Source: an uncultured Erysipelotrichaceae bacterium (lineage in GTDB: Bacteria > Bacillota_I > Bacilli_A > RF39 > UBA660). Taken from it: 64,000 nucleotides of DNA. The stretch spans positions 1,925 through 65,924 of the forward strand of contig CADCJQ010000002.1 in NCBI GenBank assembly GCA_902801795.1. The letters run 5' to 3'. This document shows, one piece after another, positions 46,865 through 55,724 of this stretch. The notes beneath the pieces were generated by a model. The model ran no database searches and was not told the origin of the DNA. It saw nothing but the letters and a program-made list of their open reading frames with translations. Numbering within the stretch: the first letter of the stretch is position 1; each line of letters opens with the position of its first letter. The translations under genes and the position numbers were made by a program.

Positions 46865-48160
46865 ATGGATAATACAGAAAATGAAATTATGGAATATGCT
46901 ACTAATGCTGTTGAAGTGTTAAATGGTTCATATTCTAATAGTCAAGATAATTTATCAAACATGGGTTGTAATAATAAATTTCAAGAATTTGAAGAAAAAT
47001 TTAATATGCTTGATACCAAATATGATAATGTTTTAGATAAGGGTAAAGCATATGATAACGATGCTAATCAAACTAATAATGTTAAAAACAATAATTTAAT
47101 ATCTGATAAGCATAAAAGTATAAGTAGTAAAAATATTTTAAGTGATGCCTTTGCTAATATACAAAAAGATGAAGAGCAGATATTCTTTGATTTTAAAGAA
47201 ATGATAAGAATAAATAATGAAAATAATATGGAAACAGAAAATGCTGATAATAGTATTTGGAGTATGATAGGTAAATCGTTAGATAATTTGTTTACAAATC
47301 TAGTTGGTGGGCTTGTTTCTTCAGCTAAGGCAGAGAGTGGGGGAATGGTAGTAGCAGATGCAGATTTCTTTAGAGATATTGGTAAAAGTATTGATAGTAA
47401 TGGCAATGTTAAAGTAGGAGGTTATACATATAATGTTAATACACATAAGTTAACTATAGAAAATAGAGAAACAGTAGTTGACTATTATATACCAACAGGA
47501 TATACTAAAGATGGATTGAAGAGAGCTTATACAATAACTTGGTTGTGTGCACAAAATGAAGGTTATGTAACTAGTGAAGATATGTCAAAAGTAAATTCAC
47601 CTTGTGTGATTGTTATCCCTCATCATGTTGAAGGACAATCACTAAAGAGTCAAGTGATTATGGCAGATAATGTAGTAGATAGTACAGATTTTATGATTAA
47701 AACTATTAATCAAGATTCGTATTGTAAAAATGGACTTGGTGGTGATTCCCTTGGAGGCGGTTCTGTTCCCAAAATAATGGCAACTAAACGCGGAAAAGAA
47801 ATATATAATGCAGGACAAGTTAATAATTATCCAGCCGTTTTTGCTTCAATAAATGTTGATGGCATAAGAAGTGATAAAGGCGGAAAAGAGAGTAATGCCG
47901 ATAGTGTTAAATTGAATGCTGAGGATTTTATTAATTTAGATGGTAAAGTAATAATATATTCATATTCATCTAATGGTGGTGGTGATGATCATACAGTTAG
48001 TGCTGCAAAAAGTTCTGTTATTGAATTCAACGAAAACACTACAGGTACTATTATATGGGATGAAAACAGCCCGTCATATTATATCGGAGGTCATTCTAAA
48101 TATCATGATATGCGTGTCGATTGTATGAATAGTGCTGATATGTTTTCATATTTGCCTTAA
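46865..48160 (+). CDS. Hypothetical protein with a C-terminal globular domain containing GGDSLGGGS (possible serine-hydrolase nucleophile motif); candidate effector
   Basis: 431 aa with no signal peptide. GDSLG at nt about 47744-47758. Last gene before rlmB. Confidence 0.4.
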   Translation: MDNTENEIMEYATNAVEVLNGSYSNSQDNLSNMGCNNKFQEFEEKFNMLDTKYDNVLDKGKAYDNDANQTNNVKNNNLISDKHKSISSKNILSDAFANIQKDEEQIFFDFKEMIRINNENNMETENADNSIWSMIGKSLDNLFTNLVGGLVSSAKAESGGMVVADADFFRDIGKSIDSNGNVKVGGYTYNVNTHKLTIENRETVVDYYIPTGYTKDGLKRAYTITWLCAQNEGYVTSEDMSKVNSPCVIVIPHHVEGQSLKSQVIMADNVVDSTDFMIKTINQDSYCKNGLGGDSLGGGSVPKIMATKRGKEIYNAGQVNNYPAVFASINVDGIRSDKGGKESNADSVKLNAEDFINLDGKVIIYSYSSNGGGDDHTVSAAKSSVIEFNENTTGTIIWDENSPSYYIGGHSKYHDMRVDCMNSADMFSYLP

Positions 48161-48169
48161 GGAGATTTT

Positions 48170-48871
48170 ATGATAGTATCAGGAAGAAACAATGTTAAAG
48201 AAATATTAAATAATTATAACGAAAGTTATGGAATAAAAAGGGCTATATTACAAAAGAATTTTAATGAGAATGATATATTATCATTATTAAAAAAATATAA
48301 TATACCTTTTTCTTTTGATGAAAAAAATAATTTAGATAAACTTGCCAAAAATAATCATCAAGGTGTATTATTAGAGATAGGGGAGTTTTGCTATACAGAA
48401 TTAGATAGTATTATTAAGAATAAAAATAAATGTACTATTGTAATTCTTGATCATTTAGAAGACCCACATAATTTAGGCGCTATTGTAAGAACTTGTGAAG
48501 CAGCTGGTATTGATGGAATAATCCTTCCTAAAAATAGAAGTGTTTCGGTTAATGAAACAGTTTTAAAGACAAGTGTAGGAGCCATCTTTAATGTAAAAAT
48601 ATGTCAAGTAACTAATTTATTAAATACTATTAAATATTTAAAGAAGAATGGTTTTTGGTTATATGGTGCTGATATGAGTGGTGAAAATTATTGTGATGTT
48701 AATTATGCTAATAAAACATGTCTAATAATTGGTAATGAAGGAAATGGATTAGCAAGAATAGTTCATGAATCATGTGATTATATAGTAAGTATCCCTATGA
48801 TAGGAAAGGTTAATAGTTTAAATGCTTCGGTAGCAGCTGGAATACTAATTTATGAAGTAATTAAAAGGTGA
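48170..48871 (+). CDS. rlmB: TrmH/SpoU-family 23S rRNA 2'-O-methyltransferase (RlmB/YacO-like)
   Basis: DPHNLGAIVRTCEAAG, IGNEGNGL and SLNASVAAGILIYE SPOUT motifs. Confidence 0.85.
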   Translation: MIVSGRNNVKEILNNYNESYGIKRAILQKNFNENDILSLLKKYNIPFSFDEKNNLDKLAKNNHQGVLLEIGEFCYTELDSIIKNKNKCTIVILDHLEDPHNLGAIVRTCEAAGIDGIILPKNRSVSVNETVLKTSVGAIFNVKICQVTNLLNTIKYLKKNGFWLYGADMSGENYCDVNYANKTCLIIGNEGNGLARIVHESCDYIVSIPMIGKVNSLNASVAAGILIYEVIKR

Positions 48872-48872
48872 T

Positions 48873-49487
48873 ATGATGTATAACAACATGAATGATTATG
48901 AAATAATTTATATGGTATGTGATGAGAAAGATAATAATTATAATATTTTGTATAATAAATATAAACCATTAATAAATAAAATAGCTGAAAAGTATAAATA
49001 TGCTTTTAAAAAATTTGGTTATGAAAAAGAAGATATTATGCAAATAGGATATTTAGTATTATATAAAACATCATATATGTATAATGAAAATAATTGTTCG
49101 ATGTTTTATACATATTTTAAAAATGCATATGAAAAAGCCTTATTAACAGAATTAAGAAATAACAGTACTAATAAAAAGGAAGTATTAAATAATGCTTTTT
49201 CATATGATATTACTATTCCAAATAGTAATCTATCATATATTGATTTAATTAAAGATAATAGTTATCAAGAAAATGATGATTATATCAAATTAATAATTAA
49301 TTTTAAAAATTCAATGTCATTTGAATTAGGATGTGTTTTTGAACTATTTTATAATGGCTATGATTATGAAGAAATTAGTTTATTATTAGATAAAAATAAT
49401 GATGAAATAAAAAATAGTATGAAAGAAATAAAAAGACATGCCTTGACATATAGATATTTATTTTTAAAAAAATGTGTGTTACAATAA
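48873..49487 (+). CDS. Divergent sigma-70 family factor (SigH/ComX-like by position after rlmB)
   Basis: 204 aa. Region-2-like EDIMQIGYLVLYKTSYMYN...FYTYFKNAYEKAL. The rlmB-sigH synteny is that of Bacilli. Confidence 0.5.
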   Translation: MMYNNMNDYEIIYMVCDEKDNNYNILYNKYKPLINKIAEKYKYAFKKFGYEKEDIMQIGYLVLYKTSYMYNENNCSMFYTYFKNAYEKALLTELRNNSTNKKEVLNNAFSYDITIPNSNLSYIDLIKDNSYQENDDYIKLIINFKNSMSFELGCVFELFYNGYDYEEISLLLDKNNDEIKNSMKEIKRHALTYRYLFLKKCVLQ

Positions 49488-49507
49488 TTTAGTATTTGAG
49501 GTGAATT

Positions 49508-50035
49508 ATGAATAAGAAACAGATGTTAAAAGAACAAAAAAGATTAAAACAAGAAAGAAGAGATGCAGAAAAGTTATTTGGTGATAATAATGGAGTAAAT
49601 AATCTTGTTAAGATAACTATCGGAGTAGTTGGATTTATTTTAATAGCTTTTGCCTTAATTAATATTTTTAATGGTAATTGGAATATCTTTAATAAAAGTA
49701 ATAAAAAAGCAACTGAGATTGATCCAAAAATGGTAATGGTAGGAACAATGTTTAATAAAGAAGATGGGGAATATCTTGTTCTTGCATATGATATGCAAGA
49801 TAATAATAGTGTTTATGCATATTTAGCAAGTAATTATTATGGAAGTCCTAATCTATATTATTTAGATTTATCAAGTGGATTTAATAGTAATTTTATTGGT
49901 GATAAAACTATTGTTTCAGAAGATTTATCTAAACTTAAATTCTCTTCTGCAACGCTTATGTTAATAAATAAAGATAAAATTACTAAGTCATATACTACAG
50001 AAGATGAAATTGTAAATTATTTTAATAATAAATAG
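49508..50035 (+). CDS. Single-pass membrane protein (unknown function; an anti-sigma role is only positional speculation)
   Basis: 175 aa. Basic N-terminus, one TM (ITIGVVGFILIAFALINIF) and an extracytoplasmic domain. Confidence 0.5.
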   Translation: MNKKQMLKEQKRLKQERRDAEKLFGDNNGVNNLVKITIGVVGFILIAFALINIFNGNWNIFNKSNKKATEIDPKMVMVGTMFNKEDGEYLVLAYDMQDNNSVYAYLASNYYGSPNLYYLDLSSGFNSNFIGDKTIVSEDLSKLKFSSATLMLINKDKITKSYTTEDEIVNYFNNK

Positions 50036-50060
50036 TTGTCAAACGATGACTATTTTTTTT
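50029..50060 (+). terminator. Rho-independent terminator
   Basis: aaatagttgtc / gatgactattt stem (two G-U pairs) followed by T9. Confidence 0.6.
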
Positions 50061-50117
50061 TAAATACTTGTAAAATTATATTATTATGGTAAAATGTATT
50101 TATAAGGTAGGAAAGAT

Positions 50118-52208
50118 ATGAAGGATAAAAAGAGTTTATATTTAGCATTTATTTTAGGATTATTTATTGTTGCTGTAGGGATGATTTCTTTTATTGTTTT
50201 TAGTAATGTTAAAGAGAATAATAAAGTATTTATAAATAATGAAGTACAATTAGGAGATGATTGGAATAATTGTGTTACGATTTCCTCAAATTATAAAACA
50301 TCAACTAGAGGTAGTATATCATATGGTGGAAATACTTATACAAGTGTAGCGCCAGCATCAGGAAATACATGGTATAAATTTGAAACTAATACTAATTGTG
50401 ATAAGGGATATTATTGTTATACTTTAAAAAAATGTACATTAAATAGTTCATCAACTCCAGCAGGAACAACAGCAGATGGCAAATGTAAACCAGGATATCG
50501 AAAATCAAATGGTCAATGTGTTGTTTGTCCAAATGGAAGATGGAGTGATGGTGGTGATGCTACTACTTGTTTTGCTTGTGGTGCGGGATTTATTTGTAAA
50601 GATGGCACACGATCACAATGTCCAAGTAACACTTATACTAAAACTGATAGTTCATCTGAATGTACTTTATGTAATGGAACTGTAGAAAAAAATAAGTGTG
50701 TTGGAAATGAAACATCTTGTAGTGAAGGATATAGATTAAATAATGGTAGTTGTGTTGCATGTGGAGACGGATATTGGAGTAATGGTGGAACAGTTACTAG
50801 TTGCTCTCCTTGTCCAGCGGGATACTCATGTCAGGGTAACAAAAAGACTGCTTGTACAGATAATACTTATTCAGCAGGTGGCGGTAGTAAATGTTTAACA
50901 TGTAATGGTAAAGTAAATGATGCTCATACGTCATGTGAAGTATCGCAAGCATCACAGTGTTCAAAAGGTTATAGATACGATTCTACAAGTAAAAAATGTG
51001 TATATTGTAGTGGAATTACTGAATATCAACCAAATGCAGGACAAACAAAATGCCTTTATTGTACAAATGGTAAAGTGGCGAATGCTGATCACACGGATTG
51101 TATTAGTGGCGCATGTCCTTTAGGATATTATCTTGGAAGTGGTGGAAATTGTATTACTTGTACTGTGGGACATTATTGTAATAATGGTTCTACTCAAACA
51201 AGTTGTAGTGATGGTTATTATCAGAATTTAACAGGACAATCATCATGTAAGAAATGTTCATCTAATGAAAAATCTAATGCTAATCATACTGCTTGTGTGA
51301 AAAAATCAAGTAGCAATCCATCATCATCCGATAAATGCTATAGAGATACTAATAATGATTATCAAGTAGGTAATTATAATAATCAACCTGGATATACATT
51401 AGTTTCAAATGAAACTAAAAATTGTAATAATATCAAAGTTAAGAAAGTTGATAGTAATACAACTGTGTTAACGGGAGCAACTATAACATTTACGGATAGT
51501 AGTGTTCCTCCTGTTACTAGAACTTTTAATATTGGTGAAACAGATATTAATATGACAAATCCTGGTACTTATACAATAGTAGAAACTGTTGCCCCAACAG
51601 GATATCAAATAGATAATACCCCAATTCAAGTAATTGTTAATGATGATGGAACAATTAATGTTACTGGGGGAACAAATATTGATTTAGGAACTAGTAACGG
51701 TACAAGAAATATTACTTTATCTATTATTAATAATAATAGAAGTCCAGAACCAACTGCTGAAGAATATTGTTATGTAAAACGTGGAAATGGTACTAATAAT
51801 GAGTATTGTTTTGGAAATACAGATACAAGTTGTGTAGGGTATAGTGAAGTTGTTTCTGGAAGAACAAGAGAAACTTGTACAGAAGATATTGCTTGTTATC
51901 AAAAAACAGACGGAACTTATACTGTTGGAAAATTTGATGGACAATTTGGTTATCAATATTTTGGTACTATTTGTCCTGCATGTTATGAAGATGCTAATGG
52001 AAACTATCGTTGGACGAATACACCTAATGCTAACGAAAGACCTGTTGCTGAAATTAATACTATTGACAAGTGTGTAACACCAGCGAAAATCTCAAATAAT
52101 AAGATTATCTATATTATATTAATCGTAGTTGTTGCAATTGCATTATTTTTAGTTATTAAGTCATTAAAGAAAGGTAATGGCAATAATAATATGTCAACAG
52201 AGTATTAA
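50118..52208 (+). CDS. Cysteine-rich bitopic surface protein (CXXC/ephrin-receptor-like repeats, Cna-B-like domain, conserved C-terminal Cys module, TM anchor)
   Basis: 696 aa. N-terminal TM followed by NNEVQLGD. Repeats of the form C..CP.G.W/Y...G....C..C (for example GYYQNLTGQSSCKKC). IKVKKVDSNTTVLTGATITF...GTYTIVETVAPTGYQ (about nt 51430-51740). CYVKRGNGTNNEYCFG...CPACYEDANGNYRWTNTP. C-terminal TM plus a tail ending STEY. Confidence 0.75.
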   Translation: MKDKKSLYLAFILGLFIVAVGMISFIVFSNVKENNKVFINNEVQLGDDWNNCVTISSNYKTSTRGSISYGGNTYTSVAPASGNTWYKFETNTNCDKGYYCYTLKKCTLNSSSTPAGTTADGKCKPGYRKSNGQCVVCPNGRWSDGGDATTCFACGAGFICKDGTRSQCPSNTYTKTDSSSECTLCNGTVEKNKCVGNETSCSEGYRLNNGSCVACGDGYWSNGGTVTSCSPCPAGYSCQGNKKTACTDNTYSAGGGSKCLTCNGKVNDAHTSCEVSQASQCSKGYRYDSTSKKCVYCSGITEYQPNAGQTKCLYCTNGKVANADHTDCISGACPLGYYLGSGGNCITCTVGHYCNNGSTQTSCSDGYYQNLTGQSSCKKCSSNEKSNANHTACVKKSSSNPSSSDKCYRDTNNDYQVGNYNNQPGYTLVSNETKNCNNIKVKKVDSNTTVLTGATITFTDSSVPPVTRTFNIGETDINMTNPGTYTIVETVAPTGYQIDNTPIQVIVNDDGTINVTGGTNIDLGTSNGTRNITLSIINNNRSPEPTAEEYCYVKRGNGTNNEYCFGNTDTSCVGYSEVVSGRTRETCTEDIACYQKTDGTYTVGKFDGQFGYQYFGTICPACYEDANGNYRWTNTPNANERPVAEINTIDKCVTPAKISNNKIIYIILIVVVAIALFLVIKSLKKGNGNNNMSTEY

Positions 52209-52210
52209 GA

Positions 52211-52239
52211 AAGAATGAAAAAAATTTTCATTCTTTTTT
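52211..52239 (+). terminator. Rho-independent terminator
   Basis: aagaatgaaaa / ttttcattctt perfect 11-bp stem followed by a T-run. Confidence 0.75.
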
Positions 52240-52307
52240 CTATATTTTGTTGATTTAGTTTCTGCTTTTAAGTATAATAATATTATAAGAAGGATAGGTA
52301 TTAGTAT

Positions 52308-53891
52308 ATGATAAATTCTAAAATAAAATATATTGTGCTTGGATGTTCAATAATTGTATTATTATTTTTATTTTTAGTTTCTTTTAGTAACAATGGTAAA
52401 AATAATGTTCAAAATTTTTTAGATAATAATTACGATAAAGAACAATTAGCTGATGTTACATGTATGGTAACTTCAGGACCAATAAATGTTTATGGGGAAG
52501 ATGGGGCTTATAGTTCGGTATCAAGTTGTTCTGATGTAAAAAAAGAAGGAAATTGTTATGTTAAAAAAAATACTGTTGACACAAGTTATTGTGGTCCAGA
52601 TGATAGTGCTGATTGTTATTTATATTGGAAATATTATGTAAGTTGTAGTGGAACATCTATAACCTGTTCACCAGGTTATTATATTCCATCTGGTTCATCT
52701 CAATGTAATCAGTCATGTCCTGCTGGTTATAAATGTCCAGGGGGCACATATTCTATAAATAGTAGTTCATCAAGCTTTGAAAAATGTCAGGGAACTACAT
52801 ATAGTACAGGTGGTTCATCTCAATGTAATACCTGTAGCGGGACTCTTGTTGTAAATAATGGCTTAAATGTAGGTTGTAATATTCAAAATAATGATAAAAT
52901 AATTTGTTCACCAGGATATTATATATCATCAGGCTCAACTAAATGTGATCAGTCATGTCCAGCGGGATATAAATGTCCAGGAGGAACATATTCTGTAAAT
53001 AGTAGTTCATCAAGTATTGTAAAATGTCAAGGAACTACATATAGTACAGGAGGTTCATCTCAATGCAGTACGTGTAGTGGAACTCTTGTTGCAAATAATG
53101 GCTTAAATGTAGCGTGTGATATTCATAATATTACATGTAATATAGGAAATCATTTAAAAAATAATAATTCATGTACCCCATGTGAACCAGGAACATATGG
53201 CGGTGGCGGTAAGAATACAAGTTGTGATAGTTGTCCATCACCATATCAAGATGGAGGCGCTGGAGCCAAATCAATAAACGAATGTGAAGCATATGTTAGT
53301 GCAGGATATAAAGTACAGTTTGCGGGAACAAGTAGTAAAACATATGTATGTTCTGTTGGGTATTATTCAAAAGGTGGAACAGTTAAGTATGGAAATTCCT
53401 TTGATTGCACAAAATGTCCAGAAGGTTCAACAACTAAATATGTAGGAAGTAAAAGTGAATCTGATTGTAATATTTGTTTAACTGGTTATCATAAGTTACC
53501 AAATGGACAATGTACAAAAGATTTAACAGATAAAGATAAAATGCCATGTGATCCGGGATTTTATCAAGAGACTGAAGGTGGTGGTGAAAAGTCATATTCT
53601 GTAGGTAAAACAGCAGTTTGTTCGACATGTCCAGGTGAAATAGTAGAAAGTTCTAGTGGGTTACATATTGGTTGTAATATGGGAACACCTAAACATACAG
53701 CAAATGCAGCATGTAATAACGATGGAACAGTATCATGTACTGGATGTGATGTTATGCAACAAAGATATAATAATACTACCAAAAAAAATGAAATAATAGT
53801 TCAGACGCAAGATGATTATAAATTTTCTGATGGCTCGACAATTAAAACAGTAGTTTGTGAAATAAAAGAGTACAAAAGATTTAACAGATAA
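52308..53891 (+). CDS. Cysteine-rich surface protein, N-terminal portion (signal/TM plus CXXC repeats; lacks the Cna-B, C-terminal module and anchor)
   Basis: 527 aa. N-terminal TM followed by EQLADVTC. Two 80-aa tandem repeats. CTPCEPGTYGGGG..C and CTKCPEGSTTKYVGSKSESDC motifs. Ends in a unique tail with a stop inside the second copy of a duplicated segment. Confidence 0.65.
   Translation: MINSKIKYIVLGCSIIVLLFLFLVSFSNNGKNNVQNFLDNNYDKEQLADVTCMVTSGPINVYGEDGAYSSVSSCSDVKKEGNCYVKKNTVDTSYCGPDDSADCYLYWKYYVSCSGTSITCSPGYYIPSGSSQCNQSCPAGYKCPGGTYSINSSSSSFEKCQGTTYSTGGSSQCNTCSGTLVVNNGLNVGCNIQNNDKIICSPGYYISSGSTKCDQSCPAGYKCPGGTYSVNSSSSSIVKCQGTTYSTGGSSQCSTCSGTLVANNGLNVACDIHNITCNIGNHLKNNNSCTPCEPGTYGGGGKNTSCDSCPSPYQDGGAGAKSINECEAYVSAGYKVQFAGTSSKTYVCSVGYYSKGGTVKYGNSFDCTKCPEGSTTKYVGSKSESDCNICLTGYHKLPNGQCTKDLTDKDKMPCDPGFYQETEGGGEKSYSVGKTAVCSTCPGEIVESSSGLHIGCNMGTPKHTANAACNNDGTVSCTGCDVMQQRYNNTTKKNEIIVQTQDDYKFSDGSTIKTVVCEIKEYKRFNR
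52659..53130 (+). repeat. Two tandem 240-nt coding repeats
   Basis: Copy starts at 52659 and 52899. Each encodes CSPGYYI.SGS..C.QSCPAGYKCPGGTYS.NSSSSS..KCQGTTYSTGGSSQC.TCSGTLV.NNGLNV.C. Confidence 0.85.
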
Positions 53892-55710
53892 AGATAAAAT
53901 TCCATGTGATCCGGGATTTTATCAAGAGACTGAAGGTGGTGAATGTCTACCTTGTCCAGCGGGATATGCTTGTGATAATGATAAAATTGCTTGTAAAGGA
54001 ACAAAATCATATTCTGTAGGTAAAGCAGCTGTTTGTTCGACATGCCCAGGGGAAATAGTAGAAGATTCTAATGGATTGCATGTTGGATGTAATTTGAAAA
54101 ATTCAGAGTTGCAAAGCAATATTAAATGTATGAATGGAGGAACGTATGGCGATACATGTGAACCATGTCCAGATAATTATAATTATTCTAATAGTAATGT
54201 TCCAACAATAGGGAATTGCCAAAGAAAGCTTGCTGCTGGATATGAAATGATTTTTGCATATGCAGAGCCAACGAAATGTTCTAAGGGATATTATAGTGAA
54301 GAAAGAATTGTTAATTACGGTAGTTCATCAAGATGTACTTGGTGTGGTTCAGGAAAAACAACTAATGATATGGGGGCTACGTCAATTAATGATTGTATTG
54401 ATGCGAATAATTCTAATGCACCCATAACTCCGGAAAAAGATAATATAGATTTATCTAAGATAAAATGTAGTCCTGGTACTGGCTGGAGTGATCAAGAAGG
54501 TAAGTGTATTCCTTGTAGTGGTAATACTATTCAAAAATATACTGCTCATCGTTCATGTGAAGCTTGTCCAAGTGGAAAAACGGCTAATAAAGCAAAAACT
54601 AATTGTGATTTAACATCATGTAATTTAGGATACTATATAGAAAATGGAAAATGTGAAAAATGTAGTAAAGGTCATTATTGTGATGGTAAAAATAGTAAAG
54701 TCTGTGATGATGGATCTTATCAAGATGAAGTAGGACAATCTAGTTGTAAGCAATGTGAAGGTAATAAAAAATCTAATTCTGATCATACTTCATGTGTGAA
54801 CAAAACAAGTAGTAGTGGAAATTCAAATACCAATATTGTACAAGAAAAATGTTATCGTGATAGTAACAATGATTATGTAGTAGGCAATTATGATAATCAA
54901 GTTGGTTATGTCTATATATCAGATTCAATTATTAATTGTAATAATATAAAAATTAAAAAAATTGATTCTAATAATGTTACTTTGGCTGGTGGAACAATAG
55001 TTTTTGAAGAGGTTCTAAATCCTAATAATAATAGAACATTTATAATTGGAGAAACTGATATTAGTATGTTAAATTCAGGTAGTTATTTAATAAAAGAAAC
55101 TATTGCACCAATAGGCTATTCTTTAGAAACTAATGAAATAAGAGTAACAGTTAATGGAAATGGGACAATAACTATTAATAGTAATGCCAATATTAATTTA
55201 AATGCAACTAATGGTACAAGAAATATTAAAATTGATTTAATTAATATTTTAGATAGTACAAATAATGAGGAAGAAAAATGTTACGTAAAACATGAAAAAG
55301 ATGGATTTAATACATATTGTTATGGAGATAATACAACATGTCCAGATTATGAAGAAACTATTGAAGGAAGAAATAAGGATACTTGTGATGAAGAACTTGC
55401 ATGTTTTCAAAAACAAGATGGATCTTTTGTAACAGGAAAATATAGTAATCAAAATGAATATCAATATTTTGGAATGATGTGTCCAGCATGTTATGAAAAG
55501 AATAATGGTGATTATTATTGGACGAATACTCCTCTTTCTAATGAAAAATTAATAAAGGAAATTAGTTTATCGAATATGTGTTATGCTCCTCAAAAAAATA
55601 GTAGTAAATTAATATATTTAATATTATTAATTTTGGTGGTAATTATATTATTTGTAGTAATAAAATTTAGAAAAAATAAAAACAACAATAGTTTTTCAAC
55701 AGATTATTAA
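53866..55710 (+). pseudogene. C-terminal portion of a cysteine-rich surface protein (no start codon or signal of its own); apparently the +1-frame continuation of 52308-53891
   Basis: The frame is open from 53866. The track start 54076 is a TTG that encodes Leu within NGLHVGCN. Contains CXXC repeats (GSYQDEVGQSSCKQC, GKTTNDMGATSINDC), a Cna-B-like IKIKKIDSNNVTLAGGTIVF...GSYLIKETIAPIGYS, the conserved C-terminal Cys module, a TM and a tail ending STDY. Confidence 0.6.
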
Positions 55711-55724
55711 AATGAGGTGAAAAT

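Noticed and set aside
53779-53786. A8 homopolymer tracts inside surface-protein genes (also at about 52563-52570, and A7 at about 50427-50433) as possible slipped-strand phase-variation switches.
   Set aside because: A-runs of this length are expected by chance in such an AT-rich genome. A +/-1 change at 53779 would not connect to the downstream open frame, because the +1 frame is closed by TAA at 53863-53865. There is no evidence for length heterogeneity in a single sequence.
53434-54119. Four minus-strand ORFs (53434-53628, 53564-53782, 53816-54043, 53922-54119), two pairs of which resemble each other.
   Set aside because: They are antisense shadows of the duplicated plus-strand segment. 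Their mutual similarity simply reflects the 358-nt-offset repeat. They have no RBS and no plausible protein features.
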